Assembly: GCA_020634975.1 (NCBI GenBank)
Contig: JACKAQ010000001.1
Coordinates: forward strand, 297,808 to 361,807
Length of the DNA: 64,000 nucleotides
DNA from: Calditrichia bacterium
Lineage (GTDB): Bacteria > Calditrichota > Calditrichia > RBG-13-44-9 > J075
Direction: 5' to 3'
A program made the position numbers and the translations under genes. Every line of letters begins with the position of its first letter. Position 1 is the stretch's first letter. A model generated the notes under the pieces. That model saw nothing but the letters and a program-made list of their open reading frames with translations. It was not told the DNA's origin and searched no databases. Positions 1 through 11,700 of this stretch are shown in pieces.

Positions 1-2172
1 AATGCTGCGCCAGTGGCGCTCGATGATGCATTCACCATTTTGGAAGATCACCCATCGCTGCTGAATGTTTTGGCGAACGACAGCGACCCGGATAACGACC
101 CGTTGAGCGTTTCCGTGGTAACCTCCCCGGCGCATGGCACTGTCAGCGTCGTCGCCGATACATCATTTTTATATACGCCTGCGGCAAATTTTTTTGGCGC
201 GGATTCGTTCGATTACGAAGTGAGCGATCCGGATAACGCAACAAATATCGCAACCGTTTACATCACGGTTCAACCAGCAAACGATCCGCCGGTGATTACA
301 ACACTACCCGACATAACTTTTGATGAAACAGAAACTTACACCATCGATTTGGATGATTTTGTGAGCGACGCCGATCACGGCGACAACGAGCTGAGCTGGT
401 CTGCAACTGTTCTCACAGCCCAAAAACAGGACGGGAAGCCAGTAACAAAATCGGAAGCGATGGAACCGGAAGTTGCAACCATTGAATTGGTGAATGTCGA
501 TACATCGGATTTGCAAATCAGCATCGATCCGGCAACACATATCGCCAGTTTTACGGGCAGTTCTGTAGGGCTGAACGTATTTACTGTTAGATTCGCAGTA
601 TCCGATCCGGTCGGGTTCAGCGATACGGACACCATTTCTGTGACGGTCACCGGTACGCTGTCGCCGCCGGTGCTGGTCAATCCCATCAGCGACGCGGTAT
701 TTAACGAAGACAGCGGACCGGTTGTGGTTGCTAACGATTTGAACACGGTGTTCAGCAACCCGGAAACGACGCCGCTCGTTTTCAGCGCGGTGTCATTAAA
801 CAGCAATATTCAGACAATTTTGCAGGGCGATCAGCTGTCGGTAGTGGCATCGCAAAATTACAATGGCAACGGCACTGTTATCGTTTCCGCCAATAACACG
901 ATCAGCACATCGGATACTTTTTTGGTGACTGTTTTATCGGTGAACGATCGTCCGGTGGTCAATTTGCCAAATGTCGCGTTTCCGGCGGATGATATTTACC
1001 AACTCGATCTCGACAATTTTGTGATTGATGTAGATAATCCGGACGCAGTGCTGCTTTGGACAGCGCAAGTACTCACCTCGACCACCGGAAATCCCAACGA
1101 TCTCACGATATCAATCGATCCGGTTTCACACGTTGCGGCATTTTCTGTAACATCAGGTAATTTTGGCACTTACAGCGCCAGATTTAACGTAATGGATCCC
1201 GGCGGTTTGAGCGCTGCGGATACTATCACTGTCAGCGTCACAGAATTTTTTGTGAACACTGCGCCGATGGTTGTCAACCCGGTTCCCGATGCGCAATTCC
1301 CGGAAGATGCATCGCCAAAACGGCTGCCGGCAAAACTGAGCGACGTATTTTTTGATCCCGATATCAACCAGACACTGACATTTTCGGTGAGTTCGAACCG
1401 TTCGGATATTGTGGCAATTGTGCTGGGCGACAGCGTGCAAATCAGCTATCCGCCCGATTTCAACGGGAGCGGCTCGGTGTTTATCACTGCAACGGACGAC
1501 AGCAGCGCTACCGCCAGCGATACGGTGCAGGTAACAATTCTGCCGGTCAACGATCCACCGCAAATTAGCGGATTGGCACAGCAACTCACTTTCCCGGCAA
1601 ACGCATTTGTGACGATCAATTTGTGGATCGCAGTGTCTGATCCCGAAACAGCAGATTCGCTTTTAAGCTATTCCTTTTCTTCAACGAATGATTCAGTGCT
1701 GTTCAGCTTTAACGCAGCAAATGGCGATTTAACACTTTCTGCACACCCGGCATTCGGCGGAACCGCGAATTTGTTCGTAACCGTTAGCGATTCGCAAAAC
1801 GCCTCCGCCAGCGATACGATCAGCGTTACGGTTCAACCGGTTTCGGGCATCGATGATGTTGTATCGATTCCTCAAAGTATTGCGTTACATCAAAATTATC
1901 CCAATCCATTTAACCCGGAAACTACCATAAAATTTCAGTTACCGGTAGCGACAACTGTTCGGTTGGTCATTTACAATATGCTCGGTCAGCAAGTTCGCGA
2001 ATTGCTGAATACGGCGTTGGCAGCCGGTTACCACAGTGCTCGCTGGAATGGATTTGATGATCGCGGCAATCCCGTAACCAGCGGCATTTATTTTTACCGG
2101 ATGGAAATCGCGGGGCTTAACGAAACTGTTACAGGTCAACACCTCATCCGTAAGATGATCCTGATGAAATAA
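1..2172 (+). CDS. T9SS-sorted adhesin with cadherin/Ig-like tandem repeats (C-terminal part; 5' end lies outside the window)
   Basis: The ORF is open from the window edge. It carries repeated ~95-aa modules of the VLANDSDPDNDPLSV...YTP..NFFGADSF.Y.V.D and VNDPP/VNDRP type. The C-terminus is NYPNPFNPETTIKFQLP...IYNMLGQQV...GYHSARWNG...GIYFYRM, a T9SS type-A C-terminal sorting domain. Confidence 0.8.
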   Translation, partial: NAAPVALDDAFTILEDHPSLLNVLANDSDPDNDPLSVSVVTSPAHGTVSVVADTSFLYTPAANFFGADSFDYEVSDPDNATNIATVYITVQPANDPPVITTLPDITFDETETYTIDLDDFVSDADHGDNELSWSATVLTAQKQDGKPVTKSEAMEPEVATIELVNVDTSDLQISIDPATHIASFTGSSVGLNVFTVRFAVSDPVGFSDTDTISVTVTGTLSPPVLVNPISDAVFNEDSGPVVVANDLNTVFSNPETTPLVFSAVSLNSNIQTILQGDQLSVVASQNYNGNGTVIVSANNTISTSDTFLVTVLSVNDRPVVNLPNVAFPADDIYQLDLDNFVIDVDNPDAVLLWTAQVLTSTTGNPNDLTISIDPVSHVAAFSVTSGNFGTYSARFNVMDPGGLSAADTITVSVTEFFVNTAPMVVNPVPDAQFPEDASPKRLPAKLSDVFFDPDINQTLTFSVSSNRSDIVAIVLGDSVQISYPPDFNGSGSVFITATDDSSATASDTVQVTILPVNDPPQISGLAQQLTFPANAFVTINLWIAVSDPETADSLLSYSFSSTNDSVLFSFNAANGDLTLSAHPAFGGTANLFVTVSDSQNASASDTISVTVQPVSGIDDVVSIPQSIALHQNYPNPFNPETTIKFQLPVATTVRLVIYNMLGQQVRELLNTALAAGYHSARWNGFDDRGNPVTSGIYFYRMEIAGLNETVTGQHLIRKMILMK

Positions 2173-2765
2173 ATTGAACCGACAAATTTCTGAGCCGGTG
2201 GTTTTAACAATCGCCGGCTTTTTATTCGGTTTGTTTGTGAAATTATGTTTATCGATGCGTTGCCAAATCACACATTTTGCACATTTTTTATTCACCTTCA
2301 ATCGCCCCAACAGAATTCATTTTCTCAAATTAAGAGTTTGTGCTGTCTGTCATTCCACCCCTAACCTCAATACCTACATTGTTGTAGATTAATATTTACA
2401 AAAACATAGTGGTTATTCTACTTAGATCGTGCAAATTCAACAATCGGGATATTTGGCAGGTTAAAAGGCATTAAACCGGAATTGGTTTACGATATCAACA
2501 GGCGTGTTGATTTGGAGTGGGTTTTTTGGTGAATTGTATGGGCAATAATCACATCACTACCATTACTACTAAAACTTTTCCGGTAACGCCGATTCAACAG
2601 TATTTGCAAAGGTGTTACAGTTTAACTAAAGATTCAAAAAAATGAATTTTCAGTCAATTTTTAAAATATTTGTCCGATAGATGAAATGATCGATAAAACC
2701 AGAGATTTCAAATGTTATTTAAAACTACAACCTATCTCATAAGATTAATCAACTGAAAGGACGCA

Positions 2766-5700
2766 ATGATGCAACGAGACAAAGGATTCGGTGTGATTCT
2801 CACGCTGTTTTTCCTGTTGCTAGTCGGGATGACTGCTGCTGCACAAACCACATATACGTGGAATGTGTTAGACGGCACATGGGATACCGCTACGAACTGG
2901 TCGCCCAACGGTATTCCCGGCACAACGGATAATGTCATCATTTCCAATGGTATTCTCCGGATGAACGGTGTTGATCGTACGATAAACAACATCAACATCT
3001 CGCAAGTATCCGGAGGGGATACGCGTATCGAAATGACCGGTAATTTGACGATCAACGGTACGATGACCTGGGATAATGGTTACATTTTAGGTGATACATT
3101 AACCACAGGCATCGACGATACGCTGACAATTGCAGTCGGTGCTGCGTTGGAAATGAACACCGGCAGCAAAAAGAATGCAGACAATATTGCCATTGTCAAC
3201 AACGGCGCCTTCAACTGGACAGCCGGAAACTTCGATTTAACCTACCTAACCTCAACCCGAGAAAGCTATTTCCTGAATAACAGCATCGTTAATATTACGA
3301 TGACCACAGACAGGAACTTGCTCGGCGGCGAATTCACAATTTTTGAGAACCTGGGCACAATCAATTTCTCAAATACGGCGGCATCGCCGATTACGCAGTT
3401 CAGCCTGTTTTTTAACGATCAGGGGACTGTTAATGTGAATGCAGGTACATTAGATGTTCGCGTTGGCGGGGTATTCACAAAAGCCACCCATAATCTTGCC
3501 AGTGGTGCAGTCATCTGGATCCGGCGTGCCGGTTTCACAGTGGACAGCCTTGTAACCAGCGGCTCCGGTGTTTCCTTAATCGAAGACGCAACAATTACAT
3601 TAAACAACGATTTGGTTACGCAAAGTGGGGCAACCACCTATTTGCAGTCATCCGAAATAACCGGCGCAGCCAATGTGGTTGTTGACGGTACGTTTCAATT
3701 TGACAGAACCCGGATCGGCGGTACCGGCGAAGTTTTGATTAACCCGGGCGGTTCGTTCGGTCTCGTTTCGCCGCAACCAAAAAATATCGCACGGTTGATT
3801 CGCAACAAAGGCACAATCACCTGGGATGACAGCTCGATAGTTGACCTCGAAGCCGGCGGCGATATCATCAACGATACAACCGGCACAATGCTGATTACCG
3901 GTGCCGGAACGTTTTCACTGGTTGGCGGAACAGGATTGTTCACCAACTACGGCACCGTCGTTAAAAACGGTGGCGGCAAAACGAACTGGAATGTTCCCTT
4001 TGTCAACAATGGTGAAATTTCATTATTAAGTGACTCTTTGAGATTTACCAAATCACTGACCAACAACGACAGCGGCGCCGTTTCCGGTGTCGGATTTCTG
4101 GATGTATCTGCCGGTGCAGGCTTCACCAATCGTGGCGCTTTCCATCCCGGCGATACGCTCGGTGCTTTAAATTTTGTGGGCAATTATGTAAACACAACAT
4201 CCACAACTGATCTGGATATCCAGATTGGCGGCAACACGCCGGGCGCATACGACCAATTGTTGGTCAACGGCAGCGCCCAACTGGGCGGCGTTCTGTCTCT
4301 GTCGCGGGTGAACGGGTTTCATCCCGTCCCGACGGATACGTTCCACGTTGTTAAATACGGCAGCCGTACCGGAACATTCAGCTCAGTTGATTTTCCCGGT
4401 CACACCTACAATCTGGCTTACACGGACAGCAGTGTGATGTTGACCGAAATCCAGCGCGACAACTTTGCACCGGTTGCTGTAGTAGACAGCATCACCACCG
4501 ATGAAGAAGTTGCCGCCAGCGTTAACGTGCTCGCCAACGACAGCGATGGCGATGCCGATCCGATGACCATCGCCAGCTTCACGCAGCCGACCGGCGGCGT
4601 TGTTGCCCAACTTGGCGATAGCTCATTTACCTACACGCCAAATGCAAATTTCTTCGGCGCAGACAGCTTTACCTACACAGTAGCTGACGGTTTCAACGGA
4701 AGCACCGTTGGTACGGTTCGCGTTACTGTAAACAGCATCAACGATAATCCGGTTATCACCGGTCTACCCGATCTTGTTTTTGACAACGATAGCACAGAAG
4801 TGCTGAATTTGGGAACCTACACCAACGATGTCGATCACGACAAAAATACGTTGGTCTGGGCAGCAACGGTGATTGACGCACAGCCGTTACCCACTTCAAA
4901 AGTGAGCAATCCGGCATTGTTAGTTGATGTTTCTCAACTGAATGTTGCGATTACGGATTCGATTGCAACCTTTACAGCCAATGCAGATAGCGGTGGCATT
5001 TACACGGTAGTGTTCTCCGTAACCGACCCGTTGACCGGCAGCGATACCGATACAATGGTGGTAACGCTGAACATCGGCAACTTCCCGCCAGTGGTTTCCG
5101 CACCTATTCCGGATTTCAATTTTGATGAAGATTCCGGTCCGGTGGTTGTCGAATCTGACCTGAACAATGTGTTCAGTGATGGCGACATCGGCACCATTTT
5201 CACATTTACCGCGGTATCCGAAAACCCGGATATCCAGGTTTCCGTGAATGGCAACGAGCTTTCAGTAACATCGACCGCAGATTTTGTCGGCTCCGGCAAC
5301 GTAATCGTCACCGCAGATGACGATGCGGATACCGTCAGCGATACATTTTTGGTCACTATCGATCCGGTCAATGATGCACCGGTTGCGGCAAATGTACCGG
5401 ATGTCAATTTCAACGAAGATGCATCCACAACATTAAATCTGAAACCGTATGGCAGCGACATCGACAACCTGGTTGGCGAACTGAGCTGGACCGCAACGGT
5501 TATCGCTGCACAGGCGCCGCCGAGCAAACGCGGCAGCAGCTACCAGATTACACCTGCGGATCTGACTGTAAACGTCACCGGCGACACGCTGGCGAATTTC
5601 TCCGCTACGGCAGACAGCGGCGGCGTGTTCACCGTTGTGTTTACCGTCAGCGATCCGGGCGCACTCAGCAGCAACGATACGGTTACCGTTACGGTTAACC

Positions 5701-8700
5701 AAACGGCTGATGCACCGTATGTCGCTTCCGCAATTGCAGATTTGGTGTATAATGAAGATGATGTTCCGGCGACCGCTTCGGCAAATCTGAACAACAATTT
5801 TGCCGATCCCGATCCGGGAACAACCCTCAATTTCTCGGCTGTTTCTGATAACGCGGACATCTCCGCAACCGTCAGCAACGACAGCCTGCTCATCAGCTCC
5901 ACACTCAATTATAGCGGCTCGGGAACCGTGGTCGTTACGGCATCCGATGGCGGATTGTCCGTCACCGATACGTTTGCCGTAACCATCAACGCCGTTAACG
6001 ATGCGCCGGTAATTGCCACCATTCCGGATGTGAATTTCACCGAAGATGGCAGCACCACCGTTGCGCTCAACGATTATGTTGCAGATGTGGACAACCTCGA
6101 TTCCGAAATTTCGTGGGCAGCCGAAGTGCTTTCCGCTTCCGGCACCGTCACCAAAAACGGCGTAACCCGCGAAGTGACCCCGGCGGATCTGACCGTCACC
6201 ATCGACGGCAGCAACGTGGCAACTTTCGCCGCGACCGCGGATTCCAACGGTGTGTTCACCGTGAAGTTTACCGCAACCGATCCGGGTTTGCTCAGCGATA
6301 CGGATACTGTTTCCGTCACCGTCAGCTCGGTGAACGACGCACCGTTCCGCACAGCAACCATCGCCGATGTTGCATTCAACGAAGATGCTGGTCCGGTAAC
6401 GGCTTCGGCAAATCTGAACAGCAATTTCAGCGATCCCGATCCGGGAACAACGCTGGTTTTCTCGGCGGTTTCGGATAATGCAAATATCACGGCAACCGTA
6501 TCCGGTAGCCAATTGACCGTCAACGCCGCAGCCGATTTCTTCGGCACCGGAAATGTTGTCGTCACCGCTTCGGACGGTTCGCTTGCCGCAACCGATACAT
6601 TCGCCGTTACCGTAAACGCGGTAAACGATGCGCCGGTAGTTGCCGGCATTCCGGATGTCGGTTTCTCCGAAAACGGTTCGCAAACGGTTTCTCTCGATGA
6701 TTATGTAACCGATGTGGACAACCTGCCAGCAGATATGAGCTGGGCTGCTGAAGTGCTCAGCGCTTCCGGCACTGTCACCAAAGGCGGCGTTTCCCGCGAA
6801 GTGACCCCGGCGGATCTGACCGTCACCATCGACGGCAGCAACGTGGCGACCTTCTCCGCGACCGCGGATTCCAACGGTGTGTTCACCGTGAAATTTACCG
6901 CAACCGACCCCGGCACACTCGCCGATACCGACACCATTACGGTAACGGTTACGCCGGTAAACAACGCGCCGGTTATTTCCGCCATTCCGGATGCTTCCTT
7001 CCCCGAAGATGGCAGCGAAACCGTTGCACTGAACGATTATGTTTCTGATGTGGACAACAGCGACTCAGAAATTACATGGGTTGCAGAAGTGCTCACCGCT
7101 TCCGGAACGGTAACCAAAAACGGATTTGTCCGTCAAGTGACCCCGGCAGATTTGAGCGTTACTATCGACGGTAACAATGTTGCGACATATTCCGCAACTG
7201 CGGATTCCAACGGTGTGTTCACCGTGAAATTTACCGCAACCGATCCGGGTCTGCTCAGCGATACGGACACCGTTACCGTAACCATCAGTTCGGTGAACGA
7301 TGCGCCGTTTGTTGTAACGCCGATCTCCGATGTAACCTTCAACGAAGATGAAGGTCCGGTAACCGCAACAACCACACTGAGCTCAAACTTCAGCGATCCC
7401 GATCCGGGCACAACTCTGATTTTCTCAGCAAGTTCAGACAACGTAAATATTACCGCCACCGTCAATGGCAATGCGCTGGACGTTAACGCCGCCGCAAATT
7501 TCTCCGGCACGGGCAACGTTTTGGTGACTGCTTCCGACGGTTCGCTGACGGTTACTGATACTGTGGCTGTCACTGTTAACGCTGTGAACGATGCGCCGGT
7601 GGTTGCCAATATTCCGGATGTCACTTTCTCCGAAGATGGCAGCACAACCGTTGCGCTGAACGATTACGTTACAGACGTAGATAATCTCGACTCCGAAATT
7701 TCGTGGGCAGCCGAAGTGCTTTCCGCTTCCGGCACCGTCACCAAAGGCGGCGTCACCCGCGAAGTTACGCCCGCAGATCTGACCGTCTCCATCGACGGTA
7801 ACAATGTGGCGACCCTTTCCGCGACCGCGGATTCCAACGGTGTGTTCACCGTGAAATTTACCGCAACCGATCCGGGTCTGCTCAGCGATACCGATACCAT
7901 CACTGTAACGGTTAATTCGGTGAACGATGCGCCATTTGTGGCATCTGCTATCGCCGATGTATCGTTTAACGAAGATGGTGGTCCGGTAACCGCAGCCGCA
8001 AACCTGAACAGCAACTTTGCTGATCCCGATCCGGGCACAACCCTGCTCTTCTCGGCAAGTTCGGATAACGCGAACATCTCTGCGTCGCTCTCCGGCAGCC
8101 AATTGAGCGTCAACGCCGCAGCCAACTTTTTTGGCGCCGGCAATGTGATTGTCACTGCTTCCGATGGTTCGCTTTCCGTGACCGATACATTTGCCGTCAC
8201 CGTTAGCGCAGTGAACGACGCACCGGTCGTTGCCAATATTCCGGATGTTTCATTTACGGAAGATGGCAGCACAACCGTTGCGCTGAACAATTATGTGAAC
8301 GACGTGGACAACCTCGATTCCGAAATTTCGTGGGCGGCTGAAGTGCTTTCCGCTTCCGGCACCGTCACCAAAAACGGCAGAACCCGGGCGATCACACCCG
8401 CAGACCTGACTGTTTCGATCGACGGCAGCAACGTGGCGACCTTCTCCGCGACCGCGGATTCCAACGGTGTGTTCACCGTGAAATTTACCGCAACCGACCC
8501 CGGGCTGCTCAGCGATACTGACACGATGACCGTGACCATCAGCTCGGTGAACGATGCACCGTTTGTGGCAGTTGCCATTCCCGATCTCGCGTTTAACGAA
8601 GATGAAGGCCCGGCAATTGCATCAGCAAACCTGAACAACAATTTCAGCGATCCCGATCCGGGAACGACCCTGTTGTATTCGGTCAGCTCGGATAACGCGA

Positions 8701-11700
8701 ACATCACCGCGGCGCTTTCCGGCAGTCAGTTGAACGTTAATGCTTCAACCGACTTCTCCGGCAGCGGCAACGTGATTGTCATCGCCTCAGACGGTTCGCT
8801 GACCGTTAGCGACACCTTTGCCGTCACCGTTAACGCGGTGAACGATGCACCGGTGGTTGCAACCATCCCGGATGTTTCCTTTTCCGAAGATGGCAGCACA
8901 ACCGTCGCACTGAACAATTATGTGAGTGACGTGGACAACCTCGATAGCGAAATTTCGTGGGCGGCTGAAGTGCTTTCCGCTTCCGGTACCGTCACCAAAG
9001 GCGGCGTTACCCGCGAAGTTACGCCCGCAGACCTGACCGTTTCGATAGACGGCGGCAACGTGGCAACCCTCTCTGCGACTGCGGATTCCAACGGTGTATT
9101 CACCGTGAAATTTACCGCAACCGATCCGGGTCTGCTCAGCGATACCGATACCGTCACTGTTACCGTCAGTTCGGTGAACGATGCGCCGTTTGTTGTAACG
9201 CCGATCTCCGATGTAACCTTCAACGAAGATGAAGGTCCGGTAACCGCAACAACCACACTGAGCTCAAACTTCAGCGATCCCGATCCGGGCACAACCCTGA
9301 ATTACACAGCAAGTTCGGATAACGCAAACATCACTGCCACCGTCACCGGCAGCCAGTTGACCGTCAACGCTTCCGCCAATTATTTCGGCACCGGAAACGT
9401 AGTCGTCACCGCCAGCGACGGCGCACTGAGCGTCACCGATACGTTTGCTGTCACCGTAAATGCAATCAACGATGCACCGGTAATTGCCACCATCCCGGAT
9501 GTTTCTTTCCCCGAAGATGGCAGCTCCACCGTTGCGCTCAACGATTATGTTGCAGACGTGGATAACCTCGATTCCGAAATCGGGTGGGTTGCTGAAGTGC
9601 TTTCCGCTTCCGGCACAGTCACCAAAAACGGCAGAACCCGGGCAATCACACCCGCAGACCTGACCGTAGGAATCGATGGCAACAACGTCGCGACTTTCTC
9701 CGCCTCTGCGGATTCCAACGGTGTGTTCACCGTTAAATTGACCGCAACTGATCCGGGTGACCTGTCAGATACGGACACCGTTACCGTGACCATCAGTTCG
9801 GTCAACGATGCGCCGTTTGTGACATCGGCTATCGGTGATGTATCTTTTGTTGAAGATTTGGGTCCGGTGGTTGCATCGGCGGATCTGAACAGCAACTTTG
9901 CCGATCCCGATCCGGGCACAACGTTGATCTTTACCGCAACCGCGGATGCCGGCATTCTGCCGAGCATCAGCAACGGTCAACTGACTGTAAACACGCAACT
10001 TAACTACACAGGTACCGGCAACGTGGTGGTTCGCGCCAGCGATGGCAGCGCATCCGTTACCGATACGTTCAGCGTAACCGTCAGCCCGGTCAACGATCCG
10101 CCGGCAATTGCTCCGGCAATGCCCGACATCTCCTTCCCAGAGGGTGAATCCACCACGCTGGCACTTAACGATTACGGCACCGACCCGGACAACCTGGACA
10201 GCGAACTGAGCTGGACAGCAACGGTGCTCTCCGCAACTTCCGGAACATTGACTGTTGATATCGACGGCAGCAACGTTGCCACCTTCTCCGCATCCGGTGC
10301 GGACAGCGGCGGCGTGTTCACCGTTAAATTCGACGTCAGCGACCCGAGCGCGCTCAGCGATACGGACACGATCACCGTGACCATCGCCAACGTGAACGAT
10401 GCACCGGTGATTGCCCCGGCGATCCCGGATATCAGCTTCCCGGAAGATGGCTCCACAACGCTCGGTCTGAACGAATATGTCAACGACATCGATAACCTCG
10501 ACAGCGAACTGAGCTGGACAGCCGAAGTGCTCTCAGCTGCCGGTACGGTTACCAAAAACGGCGTTACCCGCGAGATTACACCGTCGGATCTCACCGTTTC
10601 AATTGATGGAAACAACGTCGCATCGTTCGCCGCATCGGCGGATTCCAACGGCGTGTTCACCGTCAAATTTACCGTGACCGACCCGGGCGCACTCAGCGAT
10701 ACGGACACCATTCTGGTGACAGCAAACAGCGTCAACGACGCACCGGTGATTGCTCCGGCAATTCCGGATATCAGCTTCCCGGAAAACGGTTCGTCCACCC
10801 TTTCGCTGAACGATTACGTCACCGATATCGATCACAATGACAGCGAACTGAACTGGACAGCCGAAGTGCTCACCGGCAATGTTAACCAGTTGACCATCGC
10901 GATCGATGCCAATAATTCGGCGACTTTCTCCTCCTCGGCAGACAGCGGCGGCGTGTTCACTGTGAAGCTGACCGTAACCGACCCGGGCGATCTGTCCGAT
11001 ACGGACACGATTTCCGTGACCATCGCGGATGTGAACGACGCACCGGTGATTGCCCCGGCGATGCCGGATGTCAGCTTCCCCGAAGATGGCAGCACAACGG
11101 TCGCGCTGAATGATTATGTGAATGACATCGATAACCTCGACAGCGAACTGAGCTGGACAGCCGAAGTGCTCACTGCATCGGGAACGTTCACCAAAGACGG
11201 ACGCACCCGCGAAGTGACCCCGGCAGACCTCTCGGTCGCCATCGATGCGAACAATGTCGCAACCATCTCCGCAACCGCGGATTCCAACGGCGTGTTCACC
11301 GTGAAATTCACCGTAACCGATCCGGGCAACTTGTCCGATACGGATACGATCGCAGTGACCATCGCCAGCATCAACGATGCACCGGTGATCGCTCCGGCAA
11401 TCCCGGATGTCAGCTTCCCCGAAGATGGCAGCACCACCGTGGCGCTCAACGATTATGTTAGCGATGCGGATCACAGCGACGCTCAACTGACCTGGACAGC
11501 ACAGGTGCTCACCGCTACGGGCGGCAGCACAGCCGTGCAGATCGATCCGTCCGACCTGAGCGTAGCGATCGACGGAAACAACGTTGCCACCTTCTCCGCA
11601 ACAGCGGACAGCGGCGGCGTGTTCACCGTGAAATTCACCGTATCCGATCCGGGTAATTTGACCGATACGGATACCATCACCGTAACCGTGGAAAGTGTGA

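Noticed and set aside
2453-2470. TGGCAG-N-AGGCA, a sigma-54-like sequence upstream of the giant adhesin gene
   Set aside because: The GG/GC spacing is off by one and the -12 element lacks TTGC. It is not convincing.
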